64,000 bases of DNA from an uncultured Candidatus Peribacteria bacterium (GCA_964506115.1 CAZDKI010000004.1:13280-77279), one strand, 5' to 3'. Shown: positions 19,051 through 28,236, counted from the stretch's first letter. The notes: generated by a model from the sequence alone, not told the origin. Numbers and translations are program-made.

Positions 19051-19728
19051 CTAGTTGGAGTCTATTGCAGCGTCAAAAGCTACATCTTCATCATCAGTTA
19101 ATCCGCTGTCATTGAGAGTTGGTAATAGACTGGGGCTAGTTGTTCTGTCTGGGCTCCCTGTCTCTAGTCGTCCATTACCTTCAGTAATGCCTGGAGTTAG
19201 GTGAGCTGCACAATCAGCATCTACTAAAGTACCATATGTGTCATAGACTGATGAAATTTGGGCAGTGTCCCGGATACCTCCATCGGGATCCGGTGGGTAA
19301 CTCATATACCATATTCGACAAGGATCTTGACGGGATAGCGTGAAAATATTGGGACAATCAGGTGGCCAAAATCTGGCACGTGCTTGTGCAAAAGGATAGT
19401 TAGTAATCCACAGTGTGCCATCCCTGGATTCAAAATGAGGACAATGTAAAGGTGCTTGGGGGACAGGTTGGCAACTTACTTGGCTGTCTCTTACAACAAT
19501 TGGTCTAATGCCAAGAAGCTCTTCTTGACCACCATCTTCTAATGCTCTTTGTGTTGTACAGGTATACAGAGGTACACCAGGGATACTAAATCCACTATCA
19601 ACTTCTGGTTGTGGCTCCACTGGACTACTACATGCTGCAGATAACAAGCTAATTGCTAATAATCTTCGTAAATTGGTCACTGTGGAGGCATTTTCTGCTA
19701 CTTGACTTGGATATATGTGGTCAATCAT
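19051..19728 (-). CDS. hypothetical secreted / lipoprotein-like protein
   Basis: N-terminal LLAISLLSAACSS signal-like segment. Cys/Pro/Trp-rich body and acidic C-terminus. Confidence 0.5.
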   Translation of the reverse strand: MIDHIYPSQVAENASTVTNLRRLLAISLLSAACSSPVEPQPEVDSGFSIPGVPLYTCTTQRALEDGGQEELLGIRPIVVRDSQVSCQPVPQAPLHCPHFESRDGTLWITNYPFAQARARFWPPDCPNIFTLSRQDPCRIWYMSYPPDPDGGIRDTAQISSVYDTYGTLVDADCAAHLTPGITEGNGRLETGSPDRTTSPSLLPTLNDSGLTDDEDVAFDAAIDSN

Positions 19729-19792
19729 ATATTGAGTTAATCGATACTATAACATTTTTCAAGGAATTAACAATATTCACTTGATTAGTGCT

Positions 19793-20272
19793 TCATTGGG
19801 TAAGTGTTATCACTTTGTTGGGTAGTGCGTTGAAAATGGGAGCTAAAGTTTGAATGTTTAGCTGAATAGTTTTGGTAGTTACTCCAGGAGAAAATAAGTA
19901 GTCAGTATGCGTGTAAATCCTAGGATCAATCAGAATAATGATTTTATCAGAGAAGCCAAAAGGGGAGACGCAGCCTGGTACACATTCAGCCACTGCTTTT
20001 ACATCATCACCGGAAGCGATCGATAATTTTACTCCCAACAATTCTTTTAATTTTTTGAAATCAACCTTTTCACCCTTTGTTGTTACATAAATATAATACT
20101 GATCATCGTTGCCTTTCATAAATACATTTTTGCTTTCAATACCTGTCCATCCTAAGCGTGCTTTTTCTCTTTCAGCATCTGCATATGAAAGAATGGGGTC
20201 ATGATCAAATTCCTCGTATTGAATATGATTTTGATCAAGTAATGTTTTGATAGTGTCGTAAACCGTATTCAT
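19793..20272 (-). CDS. YbaK/ProX-type aminoacyl-tRNA deacylase domain protein
   Basis: Size and motifs (KNVFMKG, CVPGCVSPFGF) resemble YbaK/prolyl-tRNA editing domains. Start placed at the internal ATG (MNTVYD); the ORF extends to 20317. Confidence 0.65.
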   Translation of the reverse strand: MNTVYDTIKTLLDQNHIQYEEFDHDPILSYADAEREKARLGWTGIESKNVFMKGNDDQYYIYVTTKGEKVDFKKLKELLGVKLSIASGDDVKAVAECVPGCVSPFGFSDKIIILIDPRIYTHTDYLFSPGVTTKTIQLNIQTLAPIFNALPNKVITLTQ

Positions 20273-20440
20273 GTGCAGTGTTAATTGAAGTGATGATACT
20301 AGGAAATGCTTTATCATTTAAGCCGATTGCACATTTTCACTTCACTAGTAAGCAAAAACCTACGTCTTTGTGCTCTTTGAATGATTGCTCCAGAATGAAA
20401 TGTTCGCTTGTGCTAAGATCGGAAAGAGCAACCGCCATCT

Positions 20441-20683
20441 ATGTATTATCTTTATATTTTAGAGTGTTCAGACTCGACTCTTTATACGGGGATTACCGTT
20501 GATCTTGATCGCCGAGTGTTAGAACACAATACAGCGAAGAGTGGTGCTAAATATACCAAAGCTCGTCGGCCTGTGCGTTTGGTGTATTCGAAAAAATTTC
20601 GTAATCGATCATTGGCATCCAAAGCTGAAATTCACATGAAAAGGTTGTCACGAGCCCAGAAACTGGCATTAATACTATTTTGA
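20441..20683 (+). CDS. GIY-YIG nuclease family protein (small, stand-alone)
   Basis: MYYLYILECSDSTLYTGITVDLDRRVLEHN matches the GIY-YIG core. Confidence 0.8.
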   Translation: MYYLYILECSDSTLYTGITVDLDRRVLEHNTAKSGAKYTKARRPVRLVYSKKFRNRSLASKAEIHMKRLSRAQKLALILF

Positions 20684-20712
20684 TGGTATAAATATGGTTC
20701 ATTATTATTTTT

Positions 20713-21720
20713 ATGAATTTATTACGATCAAGAGAAACTTGGAGATTATCACCTATAACTAATTTAGCTACGCGGGCGGGAGTGTTAGCTGTTTTGGCAG
20801 GCCTTGGATGTTCTGCTTCTGGTGATGTCGGGACTGAGACAAATGATGCGACGGTGGACGATAGAGTAGATGCTTCAACTGATTCGTCTGTTGATACCAA
20901 TGACACTTCTATTGATACTAATGATACGTCGCAACCTCCTTGTCGGTTTGTAATGGAGAGTATAAATAATCTTGGTGGAGGTCTATTACGTACAGACGTG
21001 GTGGGTCGCGGTACGCAAACGCGTTTTTATTTGTACCCAACTAATAGTGCATGTGATGAAGAGCTGACCAGAGGGATTGTGCCTCAAGACGCGCATGGGC
21101 GTCCTGCTTATCATTGGCCAGCGCAAGTTTGTTTAGATTATCAAGGTACTACTCTTTGTCGACCTGCTGAGTTTGTTTATACCGGTGGATTTGGTTATAA
21201 AGGGACATATGTTGTTGGTCCAGTAGAATTTAATATCTTTGCCGGTTTGCCTGCTAACTTTGTGGCTCAAAATCAGCCTGTGACTTTACGTATACCGTTT
21301 GAAGGAGTAGTGAATACCCACCTTGATTTTGACTGGGTCCCTCCGGTGGCTGGCCTGGATGCAATCGCTACTCGCGATCGTGAATTGATTGTTAGTTTTT
21401 CTGCATCAGAACCTGGACACTGGTCAGTGGTAATTAATGATCAATACGGAAATAATACGACACCTGGTACAGGCGTTTGTGGTCTGTATTCTGGCATGGG
21501 AGGGCTATGTGAAGGAAGAAATACGTGTATTTATAATGGTGGTAATACAGGAGTTTGTGTACCTGAGGTTCGTGGTGGGACAGTCTTCTATAATGGTATC
21601 TTTAGTGTCACTATTCCTTTTTCAGCTCCAAGAGGTAATTACAGTGCTCACTTAGAATTTGTTGACTTGAATGGTATTCCTGCGGAAGACCGTGGTGGTA
21701 ACGTTAGTTTCTCATATTAA
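20713..21720 (+). CDS. hypothetical secreted protein
   Basis: N-terminal VLAVLAGLGCSASG signal-like segment, then an Asp/Thr-rich linker and a Cys-containing body. Confidence 0.5.
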   Translation: MNLLRSRETWRLSPITNLATRAGVLAVLAGLGCSASGDVGTETNDATVDDRVDASTDSSVDTNDTSIDTNDTSQPPCRFVMESINNLGGGLLRTDVVGRGTQTRFYLYPTNSACDEELTRGIVPQDAHGRPAYHWPAQVCLDYQGTTLCRPAEFVYTGGFGYKGTYVVGPVEFNIFAGLPANFVAQNQPVTLRIPFEGVVNTHLDFDWVPPVAGLDAIATRDRELIVSFSASEPGHWSVVINDQYGNNTTPGTGVCGLYSGMGGLCEGRNTCIYNGGNTGVCVPEVRGGTVFYNGIFSVTIPFSAPRGNYSAHLEFVDLNGIPAEDRGGNVSFSY

Positions 21721-21742
21721 ACGTCGATGCTATTTGGCAGCG

Positions 21743-22558
21743 TTAAGCAGTATTGAAAGTAATGGTTAACTTCAACTTTACTAGTTCATTGAATACTACT
21801 TTGATACCTTCAGGATTTCTGAACCATTGGTCACGACTGTATATTTGAGCTGTTGGACAATTTACTCGGTATAGCTGTACATCATCTTCTGTATGCTTCT
21901 GAAAGATGCCATAGCCACGGCGTTGAGAATAAGGGGAGTTTATTAGGATCCAACTTTTAATTGCTATGTTGGTAGCTTTTAACTGATTAAGCGATGCTCC
22001 GACATTGTCTGGAAGCGTGATAGAGCTAGTTTCGACGATGATGTCGTTTGGTTTTACGCCATTTTTGATAGCGATATCTCGGTATCTTTCTGCTTCAGAA
22101 ATGGATTGTTGATCATAAAATGGATTACCGCCACTGAGCATCATTCGAGGAGCATATCCTTTGTGGTAAAGCTCAATTGCCTTTTCAACTCTTGCCGGTG
22201 TCTTCGCACCAAAAACAAAAATCAGATCACTAGTTTGGGGGAGATCTTCCTCAGCTAAATAGTCATAAACCTGATCAAATACGGGGAGATGTTGTGAAGT
22301 CTCTAACACTTTGCTTAATAGCTGATTACCAATGTCATTTATTTGAGCAATTAAGTCTTGATGAGCTATTTGTTCCCAAGTCCAACTACCAGTGAAGTAA
22401 TCAGTTGGTAGGTGAAAGGTCTTGAGTAGGTCAATAGCTGCTTGAGGATTCACAAAATGAGTGGCCATTTTGCTTTGAGGCACAATTCTAGTTTGTTCCT
22501 GCTCCATGATCTTTTGTAGTTCAGCGACAGAGGGAAGGCTGGTGAAATGAGTGCGCAT
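21743..22558 (-). CDS. YdcF/DUF218 family protein
   Basis: LIFVFGAKTPARVEKAIELYHKGYAPRMMLSGGNP and the later INSPYSQRR pattern. The ORF opens with a TTG at 22570; the ATG at 22558 is preferred. Confidence 0.65.
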   Translation of the reverse strand: MRTHFTSLPSVAELQKIMEQEQTRIVPQSKMATHFVNPQAAIDLLKTFHLPTDYFTGSWTWEQIAHQDLIAQINDIGNQLLSKVLETSQHLPVFDQVYDYLAEEDLPQTSDLIFVFGAKTPARVEKAIELYHKGYAPRMMLSGGNPFYDQQSISEAERYRDIAIKNGVKPNDIIVETSSITLPDNVGASLNQLKATNIAIKSWILINSPYSQRRGYGIFQKHTEDDVQLYRVNCPTAQIYSRDQWFRNPEGIKVVFNELVKLKLTITFNTA

Positions 22559-22644
22559 GTTGACTATCAAGTATCCTTAACATAACAAAATTGCCAACCT
22601 TTTCAATTTTATATGGCATCGATAGATGTGCAGTTCTTGCGACG

Positions 22645-22757
22645 TTCTAATTCTAATTCTGAAACTGATTCTTATTCTTCTGCCACGATCAAAATAACCT
22701 CAGGACTAAGAAAGAATGAGGATTAGAATAAGAATGAGCATTCCGCATGTGCGGAAT
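22645..22757. repeat. tRNA-Glu trailing structure: tight hairpin plus word-repeat long imperfect hairpin
   Basis: attccgca-tg-tgcggaat (22740-22757) abuts the CCA end. ttctaattctaattc...attcttattcttc (22645-22680) faces aagaaagaatgaggattagaataagaatgagc (22708-22739). The attcttattct / agaataagaat core is complementary. Confidence 0.5.
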
Positions 22758-22831
22758 GGCAGGGCCAGGGGGAATCGAACCCCCGTTGTCAGGATGAAAA
22801 CCTGATGTCCTAACCACTAGACGATGGCCCC
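22757..22831 (-). tRNA. tRNA-Glu (anticodon UUC), CCA encoded
   Basis: Hand-folded cloverleaf GGGGCCA acceptor / GTCTAGTGGTTAGGAC D-arm / TCAGG-TTTTCAT-CCTGA anticodon arm / GGGGG-TTCGATT-CCCCC T-arm / TGGCCCT-G-CCA. Confidence 0.9.
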
Positions 22832-22852
22832 AGATCAATTTCTGGCGAGCAG

Positions 22853-22881
22853 ACTATAATCAAGCACCTTGTTCTTGTAAA
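22853..22881 (-). promoter_or_regulatory. candidate sigma70-type promoter for tRNA-Glu
   Basis: The minus strand reads TTTACA, a 17-nt spacer, then TATAGT. The -10 hexamer ends 21 nt upstream of the tRNA 5' end. Confidence 0.3.
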
Positions 22882-23092
22882 GCCACGGTTTGTTTAATTC
22901 TCAATTGATACCTAATACTGTCGAATGAAAAGGTGTTAGTTAGAAACTAAACTGAAGTAACGTTTATCTTTTCATTATTCATTTTTACTTATGATTAAAC
23001 CTACTATCCATAGATGCTGCTTGGACGTAAATACGAAGTGCTTGAGTGATCGGCATTCGTCTCATACTATACCTTGGTATAACGTCTCATCT

Positions 23093-24292
23093 ATGAAAAA
23101 AGTTTTTAGTAGTTTGTTTGTTTTAGCAATGCTTCTATCAGCTCCAATTGCTTTGGCTGATGCTCTTGTTGCGCCTACTATTCCCGATGGCATGGTATCT
23201 GATCAGATCGAACAACAAATTACGGAAATCTATGCTTTGGTAAACAAAGCGCCAATTACTTGTACTACCGATTGTCCTAGTTGGGAGCAAACTGAAACTG
23301 ATCTCAAAAATGCTAAAAGCCAAATCGAACATTTGCTGGATACCCTAGATGGACAAGCAAAAGTAATGGTTCCTGAATTGACCAACTTAGCTATCAATAA
23401 GAGTGCATTTGAGGGGCTTGTGTTGGAAGCAAATGGAAAGTCTCGCACTGCTTGCCCTGCTAATGGTGCTTTAGTTTATCATTTTGAAAGTCTTACCTAC
23501 TGTTTCGATCGTGCTAGTGATGTTGATAGTTTACTGACAGGACTCGCTAACTATGGTCAAAATAAGCCTTCTCGCACACCAACTAAGGCTTTCTTGGTAA
23601 TTCTCAATATTCTTACTGATCTCTCCAACCTCTCTCGTCAAATCAATACCAATCTCCAATCAGTCACTCAAGCCAAAGTAGCTTGTGCTAATAATGTTTT
23701 GGATCAACGCTGTGAAGCAAATAGACTGAAACAACCACGGATTGATACTCATGAAAGTGGGACCTTACTTTTCCAAGATGTCCAAGATCACTGGGCTCGT
23801 CAATATATTCAAACTCTTTTTGCCAAAGGAGTAATCAAAGGACGTACTGCTACTACCTTCGCGCCTGATCTCTCCGTAACTCGTGCCGAATTGCTTAAGA
23901 TGGTGATTATCGCTACCGGTAGAGATGTTGCTTTGTTTACTGATCGTGATATTGGATTCTCAGATGTGACTCACAGCCATGATTTGTCTGTGTATATCAC
24001 CTATGCTCGTTTACAAGGATGGGTTAATGGTCAGGGAGGTAAATTTTATCCTGATCGACCAGTGAGCAGCTTTGAGGCAATCAAAATTGTTTTCAATGGC
24101 TTTGGTGTATCTTTAGGCGATGCTGAACATTCTACCCTTCCTGGAGTAGAGGATGGTGAACAGGCAAAATACATTGAGACTGCACGTATTCGCAATCTCA
24201 CTACTTCACCTGATATGCCTCAATTCAGACCAAACGAACCAATTACTCGAGCAAATATTGCGAGAATAATTGCGTCTTTATTAGCAGACTAA
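23093..24292 (+). CDS. SLH-domain envelope protein
   Basis: Signal peptide MKKVFSSLFVLAMLLSAPIALA. C-terminal SLH repeats FQDVQDHWARQYIQTLFAKGVIKG...TRAELLKMV and FSDVTHSHDLSVYITYARLQGWVNG. The ORF opens at 22991; the ATG at 23093 is preferred. Confidence 0.75.
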   Translation: MKKVFSSLFVLAMLLSAPIALADALVAPTIPDGMVSDQIEQQITEIYALVNKAPITCTTDCPSWEQTETDLKNAKSQIEHLLDTLDGQAKVMVPELTNLAINKSAFEGLVLEANGKSRTACPANGALVYHFESLTYCFDRASDVDSLLTGLANYGQNKPSRTPTKAFLVILNILTDLSNLSRQINTNLQSVTQAKVACANNVLDQRCEANRLKQPRIDTHESGTLLFQDVQDHWARQYIQTLFAKGVIKGRTATTFAPDLSVTRAELLKMVIIATGRDVALFTDRDIGFSDVTHSHDLSVYITYARLQGWVNGQGGKFYPDRPVSSFEAIKIVFNGFGVSLGDAEHSTLPGVEDGEQAKYIETARIRNLTTSPDMPQFRPNEPITRANIARIIASLLAD

Positions 24293-24308
24293 AATAAGAT
24301 CCGAGGTA

Positions 24309-25304
24309 TTAACGATGATTTGTTAACATTCTTGCTAATGATGCTTCACTAATTTTTTTGAGATAGTGGAGAGCTTTAGCTGGGTGGTCGCCGACTGTGG
24401 TTTCATCGGAAAGCATGACCCCACTAGCACCTTGGCGAATAGCTAGTGCTATGTCACTGATCTCGGCTCTTGTTGGCATAGGATTTTTAACCATAGAGAA
24501 GAGCATTTGGGTAGCTACTATTACTGGTTTTTGTTGTTTGCGGCCTGCATCAATGATTCGTTCTTGGTTGGCTGGTAACTCTACTAACTCAGCTTCTAAT
24601 GCCAAGTCACCACGGGCTACCATCAGCATATCACTATGAGTAGTAATTTCATCAATATTGTTCATAGCTGCTTGCGTTTCAATTTTACTCATGAGCAAGA
24701 CCTTTTTTCCACGTTGCTGTAAATAGTCTTTGACGGTAATGATCGGTTTACTATCCTGAATAAAAGATAATGCTACCAGGTCGATTGGTTTATCTAATAA
24801 ATAAGCTAAATCTTTCCAGTCTTTTTCAGTGATCGCTTCAGATTGCAGATGAGCATTGGTATGGAGATGCATTTTGTTTTTCACCTCGAAGTTGCCTTCA
24901 CATTGCAGTATTACTTTATCTCCACTTCTTTCTACAATTTTAGCTGTGCCGTAGCCTTCACCAAAAATGAGCTTACTTTCAACAGGTAACTGATCTAGTA
25001 CATCTAGCGTGAGACGATAATCAGCTGGATCTTTGCTCAAGGTTAATAAGTCGCCATCCTTAATAGCAACAGTAGCTTCAGCTGGAGTGAGAATGCGTAA
25101 TGAGGGACCTGAGATATCTGCTAAAATTTTGATATGTGGGTATTGAGCCTTGAGCATGACGATGTCACGGAAGAGCTCGGTATACCATTCATGTGTGCCA
25201 TGAGAGAAGTTGAGACGCAAAATAGTAGCTCCTTGTTCTATCAGTTGCATGAGGGTAGAGAGGGGACGAGAAGCAGGACCAATGGTGATAACGTATTCGA
25301 TCAT
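24309..25304 (-). CDS. pyk: pyruvate kinase, short form (no C-terminal regulatory domain)
   Basis: LNFSHG, DISGPSLRI, MVARGDLALE, ATQMLFSM and MLSDETTVG match the canonical PK motif order. Only 331 aa. Confidence 0.8.
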   Translation of the reverse strand: MIEYVITIGPASRPLSTLMQLIEQGATILRLNFSHGTHEWYTELFRDIVMLKAQYPHIKILADISGPSLRILTPAEATVAIKDGDLLTLSKDPADYRLTLDVLDQLPVESKLIFGEGYGTAKIVERSGDKVILQCEGNFEVKNKMHLHTNAHLQSEAITEKDWKDLAYLLDKPIDLVALSFIQDSKPIITVKDYLQQRGKKVLLMSKIETQAAMNNIDEITTHSDMLMVARGDLALEAELVELPANQERIIDAGRKQQKPVIVATQMLFSMVKNPMPTRAEISDIALAIRQGASGVMLSDETTVGDHPAKALHYLKKISEASLARMLTNHR

Positions 25305-25356
25305 ATGTTTTTATATTCACCCAATATTACCAGGTTCCGATGCCCTTGTCATGATA

Positions 25357-26742
25357 TTAACCTTGCTTACTGAGCACAACGATGTTTTCGATATGGTAGG
25401 TGTGGGGAAACATATCTACGGGTTGGATATGCTCAATACTATAACCAGCTGCAACTAAAAGTTTCACATCACGTGCTTGAGTAGTTGGGTTGCAAGAGAT
25501 GTAGACAAGCTTTTTTAGGGGCATCGCAATAATTTCAGCAACCGCTTCTGGCAGTAAACCAGCCCGTGGTGGGTCGACAATGGCAATAGTAGGGGAGAGT
25601 TTGAGTTGATTGAGTACCTGGCCTGCGTCACCTACATGGAATTGAGCATTAGGGCAGTTATTTTTCGTCGCATTTTCTTGGGCACTTTTGATGGCGTCAG
25701 GCACATTATCAATGCCGATGACTTGTTTAGCCTGGCGACTAGCGAATAATCCCAATGTGCCGGTGCCACAATAGAGATCTAACACTATGTCCTGGTTAGT
25801 AATACCAGCATAGCGAAGTGCATGTTGATAAAGTAATACTGCTTGACGGGGATTGGGTTGAAAAAAAGCTTCAGGATAAATATCGAAGTGCAAGGTTTGC
25901 CAAGGCTGCTCAAGAGCTAACTCTTCAGCGATGAATGCAGCTCCCCACAAGTGGGTACTGGTACGAGTTGTGGGCTTACCTTTTTCACTAATGATTTGGG
26001 TATGTAAAGCGCTTTTGATGTTGGCAATTGCAGTTGTTTTTTCTTGTAAACTATCGATGTTAGTTAATTTCCCTTTTCGAGAGATTATATGGATCATGAA
26101 TTCCTCTTTTTGATTGTGACGAATCACGACATTGGTTAATAAACCTTGATCGCTGCGTGGTTCGTAAATAGGAATGTTATTTTCCTGTACCCAAGCAATG
26201 ATTGCTTTGACTAAAAGCGCATAACTTGGATGAGGAAGGAAACATGTTTGTAAATCAATCACATCGTAGTGATAGCCTTTAGGATGCAGACCTAAAAGAT
26301 TTCGTTGGTTCGCATCAATGGCGAAACTAAACTCCATTTTGTTGCGGTAATACCAAGGTTCAGTACAACCAATAATTGGGGAGATAGGGAAGTCTTTGAT
26401 TCCACCTAAATGCTCTAAACTTTCAGTAACGATATGCTGTTTATAAAAAAGCTGATCTTCATATGAAAGAAACTGCCATGTGCAGCCACCACAAGTACCA
26501 AAATGAGGACATTTAGCTGCTATTCTCCTCGCTGAGGGTCTGAGGATCTCTACTATTTTGCCTTCAGCAAAGTTATTCTTTTTCTTAGTAATACGAATAC
26601 TCACTTCGTCTCCAGGTACTGATTCAGGAATGAATATTTTCAAACCTTCATATTCAGCAATACCCAAGCCACCGAATGCTAGTTTTTGGATGGAACACGT
26701 AATAATTTGGTGTTTTTTGAGAGACATAGTATTTAAATTCAA
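25357..26742 (-). CDS. rlmD: 23S rRNA (uracil-C5)-methyltransferase RlmD/RumA family
   Basis: N-terminal TRAM-like domain, Cys cluster CPHFGTCGGCTWQ, SAM motif DLYCGTGTLG, and the DPPRAGL and ISCNPTT motifs. Confidence 0.8.
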   Translation of the reverse strand: MNLNTMSLKKHQIITCSIQKLAFGGLGIAEYEGLKIFIPESVPGDEVSIRITKKKNNFAEGKIVEILRPSARRIAAKCPHFGTCGGCTWQFLSYEDQLFYKQHIVTESLEHLGGIKDFPISPIIGCTEPWYYRNKMEFSFAIDANQRNLLGLHPKGYHYDVIDLQTCFLPHPSYALLVKAIIAWVQENNIPIYEPRSDQGLLTNVVIRHNQKEEFMIHIISRKGKLTNIDSLQEKTTAIANIKSALHTQIISEKGKPTTRTSTHLWGAAFIAEELALEQPWQTLHFDIYPEAFFQPNPRQAVLLYQHALRYAGITNQDIVLDLYCGTGTLGLFASRQAKQVIGIDNVPDAIKSAQENATKNNCPNAQFHVGDAGQVLNQLKLSPTIAIVDPPRAGLLPEAVAEIIAMPLKKLVYISCNPTTQARDVKLLVAAGYSIEHIQPVDMFPHTYHIENIVVLSKQG

Positions 26743-26799
26743 AATTCAGAGTTCAGAATGCAGAATTGAAGAGTGATGGCGAAGATTAAGATGCGTAGG
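26735..26799 (+). repeat. 7-nt periodic word array
   Basis: The array reads cagagtt cagaatg cagaatt gaagagt gatggcg aagatta agatgcg. It lies in the divergent intergenic region between rlmD and the receiver gene. Confidence 0.5.
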
Positions 26800-26910
26800 T
26801 GTTGTCTGGTCGGCGTTCTACGGTGAGGATTGTAATAGAATTGGTGGTTTTGTGAATAGGTTGATTCTCTGCCGTGATTCAGTTATAAATCTACTTCGAA
26901 TTATTTGATC

Positions 26911-27291
26911 ATGTCTCACGCTGAAAGTTTAAAACAGGTATTAGTGATAGATGATGATGGTGCTTTTCGGTTCCTTGTTAGAGAGCTACTGCTTGAAGTA
27001 GTCACTGTGTCGGCCGAAGCGATAAATTTTGATCAGGCTATGGGTGCTCTTAATCAAGTTCCTAATAGCACGGGGGTAATTTGTGATCTGAAATTAACTC
27101 TAAAGGGAGAGGAAGGTCTTGTAATCTTGGAGAGGGCTGTACGTTTGGGGTTTCGTGATTTGATTTTGTTTACAACTATGCCTGGGGCAGTATCTCAACA
27201 GTGGCAGAAACAATTTCCTCATGTAGTTATAGTAGAAAAGGGTAATAATGATTCACTCATTACTGCAGTTAGCAAATGGTCTAGGTCATAG
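26911..27291 (+). CDS. stand-alone response-regulator receiver-like domain protein
   Basis: VLVIDDDGAFRFLVRELL, VICDLKL and LILFTT follow the CheY-like beta-alpha pattern. No output domain and no adjacent histidine kinase. Confidence 0.5.
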   Translation: MSHAESLKQVLVIDDDGAFRFLVRELLLEVVTVSAEAINFDQAMGALNQVPNSTGVICDLKLTLKGEEGLVILERAVRLGFRDLILFTTMPGAVSQQWQKQFPHVVIVEKGNNDSLITAVSKWSRS

Positions 27292-27300
27292 AGATGCTGA

Positions 27301-27858
27301 CTAATTGTAGTGATAGCGCCATAATTTTTCCTGGCCAACCTTGATCCCAATACGAGGGGTAATAGTGAAAGTCTCAATCGTTTTATTACTAGGCTCGATA
27401 CGTAATTTACTAGTAATTAAATTGAAACCATTTTGGGCTTTAGTTAGTCCAAAGGCTTGGCAGAGTTTGCCTGGGCCGTTGCTTAATTGTTTATCTTTCA
27501 TGTTTTTCTGGGCATGACGATTAGTACGCATGATTTCTTGGCCTTGAATCGGAATAACACTTCTAATCAAAATAGCTGCAGGACAATCTACTACTTCTGT
27601 AACGACATTAAGGCAGTAGTACATACCATAGATGAAATATATATAAGCAACTCCACCATGTCCGTACATAATACTAGTTCGGGGAGTCTTTCCTCTTGCA
27701 GCATGGCAGGCTGGGTCATCTTCGCCAATATAACTCTCTACTTCATTAATTTCCCCAATTAGTGTTCCGTGAGGACTGTCAAAGACTAAGTACTGACCCA
27801 ACAAATCTTGGGCGACTTCGAGGGTAGGGCGGTTGTAGTAGGTGGGATCGAAGGGCAT
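27301..27858 (-). CDS. mpg: DNA-3-methyladenine glycosylase (Mpg/AAG family)
   Basis: YNRPTLEVAQDLLGQYLV, ETEAY-like INEVESYIGEDDPACHA, and PGKLCQAFG. Confidence 0.85.
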   Translation of the reverse strand: MPFDPTYYNRPTLEVAQDLLGQYLVFDSPHGTLIGEINEVESYIGEDDPACHAARGKTPRTSIMYGHGGVAYIYFIYGMYYCLNVVTEVVDCPAAILIRSVIPIQGQEIMRTNRHAQKNMKDKQLSNGPGKLCQAFGLTKAQNGFNLITSKLRIEPSNKTIETFTITPRIGIKVGQEKLWRYHYN

Positions 27859-27866
27859 GAGGTATT

Positions 27867-27894
27867 GTTGAAAATTGAAAGTAGAAAGTTTTGC
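27867..27894 (+). repeat. GTTGAAA heptad array with GAAAGTTTTGC junction
   Basis: gttgaaaattgaaagtagaaagttttgc. Close in word content and identical in its 3' junction (gaaagttttgc) to 44503-44530 (gttgaaagttgaaaattgaaagttttgc). Confidence 0.55.
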
Positions 27895-27997
27895 TAAAGA
27901 TAGTTTGCCTTAGTATAGAGCAACGTTTTTAAATGTTTAAGTGATGATTTTGCCCACTTTTCATTTTTGACGTAATCCATTAGATTAGTGGCGGTCG

Positions 27998-28074
27998 CGG
28001 GGTGTAGCGCAGTTGGCTAGCGCGCTTGCATGGGGTGCAAGAGGTCGGAAGTTCAAGTCTTCTCACCCCGACCA
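27998..28074 (+). tRNA. tRNA-Pro (anticodon GGG), CCA encoded
   Basis: CGGGGTG acceptor, CTTGC-ATGGGGT-GCAAG anticodon arm, GGAAG-TTCAAGT-CTTCT T-arm, CACCCCG-A-CCA. Confidence 0.9.
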
Positions 28075-28228
28075 CGATCGCGATCAGCGATCGTCTTCGT
28101 CATGTCCTTCGTCTAACCTCATCGTGTCTTCCTTTAAGTCGGCTTATTTAGCGCGATCGAAGAATAAGCATAAGACGAAGACGTAGGATAGGTTAAGATT
28201 AAAGATTAGATTAGGAGTGAGGAGGTAC
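28075..28228. repeat. tRNA-Pro trailing structure: tight hairpin plus heptad-periodic pyrimidine and purine arms
   Basis: cgatcgc-gatca-gcgatcg (28075-28093). Then gtcttcg tcatgtc cttcgtc taacctc ... and later gaagacg taggata ggttaag attaaag attagat taggagt gaggagg. The gtcttcgtc / gacgaagac core is complementary. Confidence 0.5.
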
Positions 28229-28236
28229 TTAGATCT

